Origin: Moniliella sp. 'wahieum'
Taxonomy: Eukaryota
Length of the DNA stretch: 64,000 nucleotides
NCBI GenBank assembly: GCA_003971905.1
Contig: RSEE01000028.1
Coordinates: 558,001-622,000, forward strand
Direction of reading: 5' to 3'
Shown here piece by piece: positions 12,830-24,480 of this stretch. The notes beneath the pieces were generated by a model that saw only the letters and a program-made list of their open reading frames with translations, had not been told where the DNA came from and ran no database searches. Position numbers and translations under genes: made by a program. Every line of letters begins with the position of its first letter. Positions within the stretch are counted from its first letter, which is position 1.

Positions 12830-15698
12830 AAGACGATGTTTTTACCGTGGCAGACAGAATGAGAATGGTTGGAACGGACGATGGGCCGCATCTGCAAAGA
12901 AACTGTCTGAATCATCGTCAGAGTTGGAAGGCGTCCTGTGGGAGGAACACGACTCCACAAGCCGGCCTTGGGCTTGGAATCGGACCCGATCATCCCATCG
13001 TCGTCAGGAAGGGGTTGTCCTTGTGAGCTGGGCCAGTGCGCATGTGTGCTTCATACAAGGGCCGCAGCAGCCCAATTTGTTCCTCGGCGCCCTCTCGCCC
13101 AAGAGGGACATACGGAGGAGGAGTAAAGTCCGCTCCATCCACAGCAGATGATGCAGCACCCTCATCCCCCACAGAAGCGGGGGCTGCTTGCCCCGCACTC
13201 CTTGGAGTAAGTGCAGCGGCACCGAGAGAGCCCACGTCAATTCCCAGCTCGCGGAACCCGAAAAAGTCAATCCCGGTTTGATCTGCAAAGCCGCCGGCAG
13301 CAAGCGCCGTTGAGCTTGGGTCGGCATAAAGTCGTTCGTGAGCATCGGCTAACCGAGAATTAGAAACGCTGACTTGTCCCTCCCATGCGTGGTTGAGACG
13401 ACGAAGGAGGTCGCTATACGGGCCCTTTGGCGTTCCACCCCTTTGACATAAGCCAAGAGCGATTCGAACGTCTGCCCGCTTACCTCCTGCAGGGCATGGC
13501 TCACCATCTCGTCGGGGGGCATAGCGTGTGCAGGGCGGAGAGATTGTGTCATCCCCAGAGCCATCGGAACGGCCAAAGGGGAATTCCTTGTTTGCGGCAG
13601 GGACAAAGCAGCTGGCAACATCTCCCCGCTTGGATTCGCCTCTCGATCAGCATATGCACGCAATGTCCTGCCTACAGCAGTGATCATTTCAGCCCCCAGG
13701 TCAGCAAGCACGCTAAGAGGAGCACGGTGTGCAGCATCCACCCCATGCACACTTGCCAACTGGGCAGCCACATGAGCCATGACATGCGTAGCCCCGGCAG
13801 AGTCACGCGCGATAAAGGTGCCATCGGCTGCTCACCTCATCTTGCCCGGCCTTGGGTGCGGCTGAAGGTGAAGTGATCATACCAAAGCCCAAAGCGAAAT
13901 TACGCTCTGGGTTTGGAACGGATCTCTTCGCCTGCTTTGGCCGGACCATCTTCCCCTCTTCCCCCTCTTTCTCGTCTCCTCCTCTTCGCCCTCGGCGTTC
14001 AGGCCCAGGTTGGAATTGGATCGTTGGATCCATTGGCCTGTACCAATGCACCCAGTTTGGCATTCACTGACCGGACCTTAGCCAACGTAGCGATGGACTG
14101 AGGGATTCGGTTGCGGTATCGCTTGCGGGGTGGGGGTGACTTGCATCCTCCTGATGACGCAGGGCCCTCTTCCACAGGAGCATCAAGGCGTTTTTTTAGC
14201 GCGTTGGAAACGGTGGGCCAAATGAGCCTGACGAGCGGTGGCCTCCTCATCTGTCAAATGCCGACTTGGTGGTAGTGAAGCAGGGATCCCGTTTCCCGCC
14301 AACGAGGTGGACGGCATAGCATCCCACCATGACCAAGAGGAGAGGGAAGTGTGTCACTGCTTCCGCGGCCGTGGACGCACCCGACTGTTCAGATGAGGAT
14401 GAAGGGAGGTTTGGGTCGTCCAGTGGGTCCGAAGGACGTGCGGTTCGAAGATGACCCCGCTTTCTTTGGATAGGCCGTCAACGATGAATGGAGGGGACCA
14501 AGCATACGGAAGTCACGAATTGCCGCATCAAAAGCGAAATGATCCAAAGGGGCAGTTGGGGGATGTCGGTGCCCCTCGTGTGGCGAAAAGTGGCGGGCAG
14601 GAGAAGAAGCTTCTTTCGCAGGGGATTGGCGCGGAGAAATGCGGGGGCAGACGGACTAGATGGATGTAACGACGGCTGGGGAGATAAAGAACGAGATGAA
14701 CTTTGCAGAGAGGACAATGACCTGTCCAGCAAAGAAAACGTGCTCATGTCCTGGACTGAGCGGAGAAGAGCAGGGATCGCCGAAAGGGACGGATAATGCA
14801 GGAAACGGAGCACGTAGGGTCGTTCCAGATGTATCGGAAGAATCGCCCACTGCAGTAGTCGAATCACCTGTTCTGCCCGATCCAAGTCAGGTGAGGGTTG
14901 GGCACCGGCGACAGCCCCCAGAACCCGGGCCCGCCAACGCGGGCGGAGTCTGGTCTGCCAGGTCGCTGCAATCGACTCGAATTGGCGCAGAGCTTCCTGT
15001 GGCTCGACTTATCGTGGACAAAACTGAGAAGGTGGGCGGCCTTCTTGCGCATAAAGTACACACTGCGGCGGAGTGGGTGGGGGGTTGGTAATATATGAGG
15101 CAGTTGTTCCAGATGAGGTCCAGATCATGCGCAAACTGCTTCTTGTTCTTGTACTGGCCTTGGCGCACCTTCTTCTGCATGGTGCCAATATCCATGGGCT
15201 GCTTGATCACATCGTAGTAGTCCGGTGCTTCGCGCTTGCTGACACGGTTGAGGAAGGCGGCTGAATGCTCCGAGTAGGCGCGCAACTCAGCCAGGACGCG
15301 TTCGATGGACTCGAGAAACTCCTCTCGTTGGTCACGGGCCTTGTGGGTATCGGAAATCAGTGTCCAAAGATCGCGGTCGGCGACGGGGACGTCGGCGCGG
15401 TGCGCCTGGATCGCCTGGAGGAGATACTTCATGGCGGCGATCACGATCACAGCACGGCGGTGGAGTGCAATCGATCAGACGCGATCGAGATATTCGACCG
15501 ACTAGCCGAAATCGCAAGGTAGGTGGTGCAGTCCATTCCGCCCGCGGAAAGAAAGCGCGATGCGTTCGGTGCAATATGGGCTGGCGGTGCTGCGACGCCG
15601 AGGCTGAGCTCAGTCAGCGCAGCGGCGCTGCAGGGGGCTACGCGCCCGCGGGGCAGCCGGGATGGGCGCGCTGGGTGCGCCCAGCGTGCGCCCCCATG
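12830..15698 (-). CDS. SPT7: SAGA subunit Spt7: bromodomain plus histone-fold region (frameshifted; ends approximate)
   Basis: Bromodomain EHSAAFLNRVSKREAPDYYDVIKQPMDIGTMQKKVRQGQYKNKKQFAHDLDLIWNNCLIY at 15090-15270. Histone-fold-like segment LSVLADLGAEMITAVGRTLRAY at 13650-13780. Spt7-type motif GIDFFGFRELGID at 13235-13275. Confidence 0.85.
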
Positions 15699-15755
15699 TC
15701 GCGCGCGCGCGTCGGCCCTGCGCTCGTCTCTGTTCCCACCACCATCTCCTCTGCT

Positions 15756-17037
15756 ATGGGCATCTTCAAGAAGAAAAAGGACCGCGCCGACCGGACCTGG
15801 AGGGGCGTCCCCCTCTACCCCCCCAGTCACCCACGCCTGCCGGGCCCCCCTCGTCCGACAAGGCCCACGGGGAATGGAGCAACCAGCTCCACTGGCACAT
15901 CTCGTGCGCGTAACCCCCCAGCGGTTATGGTGGGCGCAGTGCCGCTTCTGAAAATTCTCATACGGGCGGAGGAAAGACAAGTGGTGGCCATGCCAAAAAA
16001 AGGAACGTGTCAATGCTGCGCTCGAACTGGGCGCGGACGTGTCACGCACCATGGTCCATGTCGGCGGCTTGCCAGTCAACGTGTTTGGTGGGACGAGTTG
16101 ACACCCATAACTTCACGCACTTCTGCGGCGCCTACTCCCAAGGTGACAGTTGTAATCCACATGCACGGGCGCACCGGCTCAGCTGCCAAGGCCGAAGGGA
16201 TGGTGCGACAACTGTACGATCGTGTACGCAAGTCTAAAGCTGCCTCTCAGGGGCAGACTGGCCAACAAAATGACTTTTTGGTCTGTTCTTTTGACCAGCG
16301 CAACATGGGCATCGCAAAACGTCTGAAATCGCTCAAAAAGCGTGGAAAGAGGGTAACAAATCCCATGCGGTTGACCTCTACGCCATGTACGACGGCACGG
16401 CACGAGACGTGTCTTATCTTCTCGACTACCTCCCGCGTATCTCTTTCCTCATGATGAAAGGCAGATTACCTCTTGGGCCGTGACGGGCCAAAGTCTGGGT
16501 GGGCACGCTGCCTGGCACGTGCTGCAGAACGAGCCGAGGGTAAGTATTGGGGTACCCATGATTGGCATGCCAGATGTGAGCAAACTCCTTGCGCGCCGCA
16601 CCGCCAGTAATTTTATCCCCAATGCCCCCCCCGCTGTGCCGGGGTCATTGCGCTCCTTGATTGCCCGGACCGACCCGGCGGCGGTGGCTGCTGCCAATGC
16701 CGCTGCGGCTGCAGGGGCCGGGGGACAAGTGCAGCCCCCAAATCCTTTCTGGGGCAAAAAGATTCTCGTACTGGCCGGGCAGGACGACCGTTTAGTGCGG
16801 TGGGACTATTCGTCCGAGTTTGTGGATGCGCTGGTAGTCGACAACTATGGGTCTTTTGCCCGTCCCACTCCTTCTTATCCCCGTCCCCACCAGGACAGGG
16901 CCCCAGCCCGGCATGCCCCGACCCGGCCTCGACGTGGTCATTCAGCCTGGTGTGGGTCACGCTGTTACGCCCGCCATGGTGGATCGGGCGGCAGAGTGGA
17001 TCTGGTACTGGGGCTTCTATCTCATGAGACCGCCTGA
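15756..17037 (+). CDS. Alpha/beta hydrolase fold protein (frameshifted)
   Basis: VVIHMHGRTGS, FDQRN, nucleophile elbow TGQSLGGHAAW, ILVLAGQDDRLV (acid) and QPGVGHAVTPAMV (His) together give a complete Ser-Asp-His triad pattern. Confidence 0.85.
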
Positions 17038-17788
17038 GTGTGTGTCGTTTATACTCCAGTCCCCCGCTGATGAGGTCCCTGCCTTTGTTTCCACCCTTTT
17101 CACTGGTTCCCGCCTGTGTCCTTGTTGACTATTATCTTTTCGCCTGGGATGAGACACATCGCTATCCTGCGATCGCAACCAATCCTATCGGTAGGTATCA
17201 GGTCGACGACATCCTGCTCCCCTACTCGCATTTTTGCCAGACCTCAACGTACTACCCCCCTGTAGCTACAAAGGATATCCATTACCTCGGGTTCTTCGAG
17301 CGGTGGCAATTGGTGTTAGTACGAGGCCTCGGGACTCACTGTGGACTCGATCGCAAGCCAGCCTGAACACCAAAGTTTCCCCAATTAGGCCTTAGGTCAT
17401 ATTTGTTGCGTGAAAAGTGTCGTAGGAGTAAGGATATGATGCTGCCGCTTGCGATGAACTTCTTCCCGTTGCTTAGGTCTCTTCAGCCTGAGGCATTTTT
17501 CGTTACCGTGGCAGGAAACGGCGCATTCGATATACATATGCTGCCGATGAGCTCGAGCGAGGTAAGGCAACTGAAATCATTTTAAGGGAGCGGTGGTTTA
17601 AGCTCCCTGGAAACATCAAGTAGGACGGTAACGGCAACAACTGTAGTTCTTACTATGATGTAAAGTCAGCGCTAAGGCTCGGCACTCAGGCCAAGTCGAA
17701 GTTGAAGTCCGCAAATGGGAACATGCAATTTCACGATGCGAAAAGGTTGGCAGTAGCCCATCCGCAGTGGACCGAGCAGGCATCAAGT

Positions 17789-18289
17789 TTAACGGCTCCT
17801 GTGAAGGTGAGCAATGGTCAGTATCAGTCCGGGCAGAGAGGAAAGACTGCAAAACATACTTGAAGTACTCGGTGAGGACGTTCAGGCCCTCCGACGGCTC
17901 GCCGAAGTCGCGCACACAACACACGAGCAGCCAACAACCTTACGAGGGTTACCCTCACGGTCGATCTTGGCGAGACCAGCCCAGGTGCCGAGGGTCTTGG
18001 CGTCCGAGACCTTCAAGAGGTCAATCTTGTGGTCGTTGCAGAGAGCCTCAATGAGCTTGATGTACTCGCCCTCAGTGTTGGTCTCAACCAGCACACACAG
18101 CTGGGCGTTGCCACGGTCGAGGGCATGAGCACACTCGCGCAGGCCACGGGCCAGGCTGTCGTGGATGAGAGCCTTCTTGAGCACCTCCTGGAGAGCCTCC
18201 TCGATGGTCAGGCCCGTCTTGACGGGCGCAGTCTCCTCGACGGCAACCTCCTCGACAACGTCGATCTGCTGTTCCTCAATGTCGGACAT
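17789..18289 (-). CDS. RPS12: 40S ribosomal protein S12 (eS12); intron 17799-17859, 5'UTR intron 18310-18385, one frameshift
   Basis: MSDIEEQQ...[32 protein letters not shown]...YIKLIEALC...[43 protein letters not shown]. Both introns have GT donors, CTGAC branch points and CAG acceptors. Confidence 0.97.
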
Positions 18290-18718
18290 TTTGAGTGGAT
18301 GAAAGTAAGCTGCGTCGTCCAAGGGAGATGAGTCCTTGTCAGTCAGCGACGAATGGTGGGTGGGACCCAGAAGCGGGTTGCTCACCTGTTGTTCTCGTAG
18401 AAGCGGCCGGCCACCAGAGCTGCAAGTCAGGCGTGTTGCCGCAAACCAATGCAGCAGCAGGGCGCCAGTGTCCACCCTTCCATTTCAAACTTGCACTTTC
18501 GAGCAACCCTGCTGCATGTGGCGCAATTAAATAATTTAAAGGAGGGGATAACTGGCGCTGTGCCTTCGGCATCCTGATTCGGCATAAGGCCAGTGCTGCG
18601 CATTTGCCTCTCGCATGGGCCCACTGTTGCTTCTGTAGCCCACGCCAGGTGCCCAGCTGGCCGCGGCGCTTCCGTCTCGAGCTGCGCTCACCACCTGACT
18701 CCCCGTACCGACTCCAAG

Positions 18719-19203
18719 ATGTCCAACGTTGAGCTTGGTGTGCAGCACGAGCGCGCCTTCCAGAAGCAGCCTCTCTTCCAGAACGCCAAGGTGGCTGCTG
18801 GCAAGAAGGTCAACAACAAGACCAAGCGCTGGCACAAGGACATTGGTCTGGGCTTCAAGACCCCGGCTGCTGCGATTGGCGGCACCTACATTGACAAGAA
18901 GTGCCCCTGGACTGGCCTTGTGTCGATCCGCGGCCGTATCCTTACTGGCCGTGTCGTCTCCACGAAGATGACCCGCACCATCATCATCCGCCGGAGTACC
19001 TGCACTTTGTGCCCAAGTACAACCGTTACGAGAAGCGCCACAAGAACCTCGCGGCCCACTGCTCGCCCGCTTTCCGTGTCGACGTCGGTGACGAGGTCAC
19101 TGTTGGTCAGTGCCGCCCTCTGTCCAAGACGGTGCGCTTCAACGTTCTTAAGGTGACCAAGAACAAGGCTCTTGAGAAGGCCGCCAAGCAGTTCGGTCGC
19201 TAA
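18719..19203 (+). CDS. RPS11: 40S ribosomal protein S11 (uS17); one frameshift near 18994
   Basis: [18 protein letters not shown]...IGLGFKTP...[36 protein letters not shown] / [52 protein letters not shown]. Confidence 0.98.
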
Positions 19204-20349
19204 GCGCCTGTTACTGTCCCCAAGACCATAGGTCTAGCGGGCTTATGCATTTGACGGCCCCTTTCAGACTAAGAACGGGCGTCTTGGCTTTGCTTCTTCC
19301 TATGTCTCTGCTCTCTTTTATGGGCATCTCATCCAAAAATCTCGGTCCGCTTGCGCCGTTCCATGCCTATGCACCTTCATTGTTCGTGCACCTGTGAGAA
19401 TCGTAGGCAGCCTTCGTTTTCCGTACCCCCAATCAGTGTACCACTGACGAATTGGGCTTATGAGGCAATAGGAAGTCGCCAGGGCGATAGTAGATCAAGC
19501 TAGTTGAGAATATTACGAGGTGCTTGGATGGACTTAGGGGAACCGCCTGCTGTGGTTGATACTTGCGGTAACCGCTCAAGTACAGTGGACCCAGCTATGT
19601 GCCGCACTGATCGTCTTGACTGGATTGACTGTTACTGTGCAACATTGATCTCCCATCATGCATCAGCGCCTCTGCGGCGGATGGGCAACAACTGCGCGGG
19701 CGTGGCGAAGGCCTGTTGGGCATCTCTCTAGCACCTTAGTATTTGATTCATGCATAAATCGTACTCCGGTACAGGGAAGGGGTTGATAGCGCCCGTATCC
19801 TCCCTTAGGCCTTAGACCTTACTGTAACTGTACTACTGCCAGTGGTTGACCGGTCTTTTACTATCCCCCATCTCTCGGGATGCCCATTATCAACATTTCG
19901 ACACATCAGAGAATGGCTCGTCATGACACCGCCATGGCCACACAGCAGGGCCACACCAGTCCCCCTCTCCAGAGGCCGTCCACATGGTCTGGGGCGAGAA
20001 CTACGATGCACATGATGCATGATGATGATGATGATCATGGGTTCACCACATGTTCACGCGCCAAGCTTCAGAAAACATAGGCTTTTCTCGACACGATCTC
20101 ATCGCCATATACAATTCATGTGCTGCATGACGCATGACGCCATGACGTTGAGCACTGGACGATCCGCAGTTGTTACCAACTCATCTTGCCTCTCCGGTCC
20201 ATGCAGTCTTTTGCTCCCTCCCACTACCCCCTTTGCAGCACAAAGGGTGTCAGCCAGTCTACTCCTCGATTGACGCTCTCATTCCTCCTTCTTTCCACCG
20301 ACGTTCTTCGCGTTGTCCTCTTGACGCTTGTTGGCTCGCTCTCCACACC

Positions 20350-20580
20350 ATGTCAGCCCCTGAACAGCCTGACCACCATCAATGCCGAGAAGCACGTCAT
20401 ATGGACCGGATCCACCATGAGATTGCCTATCTCAAGAGCAAGTACCACCAGAACGCGGAAAACTACAAGCGCAATACAGGGAATCAGCTGGGTCAGCCTG
20501 CCGCGTCCGGGGAGGACAAAGGGGTTGGTTTGGACAAGTCCACTGCCTCTGAAGGCATGCCAACCACCAAAGACACTTGA
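20350..20580 (+). CDS. Small hydrophilic hypothetical protein (76 aa)
   Basis: Uninterrupted ORF MSAPEQPDHHQCREARHMDRIHHEIAYLKSKYHQNAENYKR... with a pyrimidine-rich leader, CACCATG start context and C/G-ending codon bias. No family was recognised. Confidence 0.45.
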   Translation: MSAPEQPDHHQCREARHMDRIHHEIAYLKSKYHQNAENYKRNTGNQLGQPAASGEDKGVGLDKSTASEGMPTTKDT

Positions 20581-20991
20581 TCCTTGGGCTTGAGCGTGCT
20601 TCTCTCCTCAATCTTTTCTTTTTATACGCAGCCAAGTGATTCCTTGCCTGTGGATTATAAGCGGAGGCAACTCGGGCTGGGGCGCCACGCACCTCCCATC
20701 TCCCCTGGAACAACATGACAGTCCCTCAGCCTCTTGTTCTCGCCATGCAAAGCCTCTCCCATCATAGAGCCAAGTATACAAGGCAGCGAGACAAGTTGAT
20801 CGCATTTGCATATGCCGGGGGCGAGAGTGTGCTTATGGGGGGCGTAAGAGCTGGCTCACTCCTATCGTGGGCACGAATGGGAAGCTGAAACCAAATTCGA
20901 TACTTTTAAGACACAAGTAGGATAGAAGACAACCAAAACCACACGCCACAGGGAATAGGATACCGACAGGACCTACCGGGAAGAGAGGTGG

Positions 20992-22475
20992 TCAAAACGG
21001 TTTACTGAGCCGAAACGAGAGCCGTAACGGTCTCCTCCGCTTTAGGTGCCGCAATTTTTTCTTTGCTTTACGCGGGAAGACGGCTTCAGTAGCATGGTTC
21101 TCAAAGTCTTTCGACTGCACGTCAAACGAGATACCAGGCGGCAGCCCGGCCACTTGCAGCTTCTGGATCTCCGGGTTGTTCGCCGCCATCGCGGCTGCTG
21201 ACAAGCCAGCTTCGTACGCCTTGCGCAGCCAGGGCCGGCTCCAGTCCACGGGCCATGGACTCGTCGTAGGTCTTGCGTGATTCGTCATACCGCACCTTGT
21301 CCTGCTCGGCCTTCATGACGAAGGGCTGCTTCTCTAGTTCGGGAAGCTCGCGCCATTTGAGCGCCGCGAGAACACTCTGTTTTGTCATTTCTTCCGCCTC
21401 GCCAAAGACAGATTTCTTCATTTCAGGCGAGGCTCGAATGGCGCGCAAGAACAAGAAGTAGGCCGACATTGGTTTCTTGGGGGCGTGGGGATCTTTGAGG
21501 TTAGACTTGCGACTCTTGCCCGCCTTACGTTGCTGAGTGCGGTACGCGTTCTCTAGCTTAATGTCTTCGGGCGAAAGCGACTCTTTCCAACTGCGCATGT
21601 CTTGCTCCCATTGCTCCTTGAGACGCAGACTCTCTTTTTGATACTTCTCCTTTTCGGCAGCGGGTAACGCGTTGTACTTCTCCCCAGCAGCCTTAGAGGC
21701 GTGGGCCACATTCAATCGTTGTCCGGGATTGGCTTGACGAATCGTAGCCAACTCTTGGCTAAAGAAGATCTGCCAGGCCGAGGGGGCTTGCTTGGGTTGC
21801 TTGAGACGGGCGCGCAGTACCTTCTTGGGAACCTCGGCAGGCTTCTGGAAAATCAGAAAGGTTAGTATTATGGTGTGGTCCAACCAAAACGGATATGAGA
21901 AGCCGAAGCACACACCTCGGCCTTTGGCTTGGTCCCTTTGCCTGCAACCTGAGCCGGGGCGACAAGGTCGGTGTAGGAGGCGGTGTTGTTCTGAACAGCG
22001 CCTTGCACATTATTGGCAAAGTAATGCGCTTGATAGGGCATGTACTGCTGCATGTTGGCAGCAGCCGCAGCAGCTTGGGCTGCCTCTGCTGAATTCTCGC
22101 CTTGGGCCACATTGACGTCGCCACCCATCACAGCAGGATTGACCATGGAGGTCTGGAAGCCGCCGTAGACGCTGGGATTGTACGCGTACCCATACCCCGG
22201 GGGCAAGTTGTAACCATAAGCGGGGTGATGGCCTGTATCAGAAGGAATGATGGAAGCAACGAGGAAAGAGAGGTAGGGTCAGGCAAACGAGGATGCAAGA
22301 CGCGTGTCATATCCGCCCTTCCGACGCGTAGTGGCGGAAGGGAAGGCAGAGATGAGGACGTACTGGTGGGGGCGTAGGCTTGCTCCGAGCCCGGAGGCAA
22401 CTGATGGGCTGATGGGTGGGAGCCAAACTGGCTGGCATGCATGTACGCGGCGTGGGCGCCCGTCTGATCCTCCAT
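20992..22475 (-). CDS. Double HMG-box protein (non-sequence-specific HMGB/NHP10-like); introns 22233-22363 and 21845-21915
   Basis: Box 1 is PKQAPSAWQIFF...HASKAAGEKYNALPAAEKEKY. Box 2 is KDPHAPKKPMSAYFLF...LAALKWRELPELEKQPFVMKAEQDKVRYD. Introns read GTACGT..CTGAC..CAG and GTGTGT..CTAAC..CAG. Confidence 0.9.
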
Positions 22476-23522
22476 CGTGTCGGGTAGAAGCAGGTGGTGG
22501 ATGAGAACCGAAGCGAGGAGCTAGCTGCCTTGCTATTCGTCCGCCTCGATTCGACGCGAGCGCCCAACGAGCCACATGTCATGCCCGTCGCGAAACTGCC
22601 CGCCAGGACGCCTGTGTAACGGAGCTGCCGCACCACGCCAGTGCAAAAGCTCCACTGCCCTTGTCCCTGATGCGGATGTGTGCCCCTGTGCCTGAGCTTG
22701 AAGCTTGAAGAATAAGGCGTGACACGGGACGCGTGAAGCGTGACGCCGCGTTCGAGTGTCTGCAGCATAGGCGCGTGCTGCGAGAAAAATGTAATTTCAG
22801 CCATGGTTCCCTGCGCCGAGCTCGCCGAGCTTTGCGCCGCCTGAACGAAGCGAAGCTGGAAATGGGACGCCGCTCGCAGGCTGACTCCCCTCACCCCCCC
22901 CCCCCCGCCCCAGGCTGCATCCGTGCTCCGCGCTCGCCGCTCACTAGGCTCACTCCCGCCTCATCGAATTGGGATACGGGCGAATGAAGGGCCACCAGGA
23001 GCAGCCCCGTGGCGACGACAACGGACTAGATCACATGTAGTTCTGCTACACGCGAGGCATGAGCGAATCTGATTGTCATAGCACTGCTGCTATTGCTGGC
23101 TAACAAAGGTTTGGAAGGATGGCGCTCTTGGATGGGAATATGGGAGAATGCAGGCGCGGGTGGGTAGCTGAGAGAGAGCCGGATGCAGTTTCTTGTTACA
23201 CTTAATAGTTGGTATCTTGCAAACTCCGGACATGGTCCCATCTTTGACCCGTTCCAAGTCGGGAGGAGAGACACGACGAATCGGCTTTGAGAAACGTGTG
23301 CTCACGTTAGCATACCGACATACCAACTTATCGGCGTGTCCCGCCCAGAAATCGGCTCTGGAAGTAGCCTTGCCCATCGTCGCATGGCTGCAGTACGCAA
23401 CAGCCACACTTCGCTGAGGCTCAACGGTCAACTTGAACGGTCAAAGGTTCTAGCAAGTGACAGTCACTAGTCATCGCCAACGTAGCAGGGTAGGAGTGAC
23501 ATTGGTGCTACCCATTATTCCA

Positions 23523-24142
23523 TCACCAGATCCGCCTTTTCAGCCGCAGTTCGGCCATTGCCTCCTGCACCTCGGAACGGATGGAACGGATGTGGCGCTG
23601 GGCAGACGTGTACCACTCGGGAGGTGGGCGAAGGGAAGCAGGATCTTGTCCCAGCTCAAGCTGCTCGTTCGTCTCCGCGGTCACGCGCAACAATGGCACG
23701 TAGCAAAGCGTTCTCCCCGCTTTGCACTTGGTCCAGGATACGCGCAAGATCCGCTCGTCCAAACCCCTGTTCGGATTCTTCGTCCAGCAGAGCGCTCGCA
23801 GGAGAGCCAGAGGGAAGGGAGCTGGGTCTGGATCGCGCGCAGTTCATGGCCGGCTTCCAACAACCCCGAAGCAACGATCCGCGTAATTTCAGAGATGGTG
23901 CCTTGGTCTGGGGCAAGACGTGCTGGCCCCTCATGCGCACACGAATGCGAATGCCCGTTCGCCTGCGGTTCCGAGCCGGATGGTTCCTGCCCACTGGTTG
24001 GAACAGGAGGAGCGGCAAAGAATGCGTCCACCGCCTCGTTGTATTCACTCCATAGAGCCACACGCCGCTCCTGAAGTGCCTCTACGGCTTTGAGAGCATC
24101 CAGGAGTGTTGGGGTCGCGTCAGCGTTGCTGGCGGCGGGCAT
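23523..24142 (-). CDS. Helical protein resembling the REX1-B (required for excision 1-B) family (frameshifted)
   Basis: LLDALKAVEALQERRVALWSEYNEAVDAFF...ITRIVASGLLEAGHELRAIQTQL...IRSEVQEAMAELR resembles my recollection of the REX1-B pattern (LQxxRVxxYxxF...IT..F...I.E.LEELR). The family call is an inference. Confidence 0.55.
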
Positions 24143-24480
24143 TAGAGTGAAATAAGCTGGCGCTGGTGGCGTGGTGGCAAGGAAGGTATCGCGAACATGC
24201 ATCATGCACACCGGGGTTGCGTGGCCCGCGCTCCTCGGAACGTTTCAACCTTTATTTCCGCGTATACGCCACCTGCCACCTGTCTTCGGTTGTCTAAAAT
24301 GCACCTTGTGATCGATTCTCCCCCCATCGACCTTGTGATAGATTCTCCCCATCGAAGGGCAAGAGGTGCTACATGGTTACGTGCATCTTCTCGGGAGAAG
24401 TGAACTGCGTCCATTGAAACGGTCGAAAGATACTCATTCGAATACGGTACAGGGATCCAGACAATATATGGCACCCTCGT

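Noticed and set aside
18960..19010. Programmed frameshifting, pseudogenisation or an alternative genetic code in RPS11 and other genes
   Set aside because: Breaks are scattered single-base indels in essential genes with no consistent slippery site, and conserved residues translate normally with the standard code.
20992..22475. HMG gene as a mating-type regulator, or the window as a MAT locus
   Set aside because: The two boxes are of the HMGB/NHP10 type (PKKPMSAYFLF), not MATA-HMG, and no homeodomain, pheromone or STE3 receptor gene was recognised.
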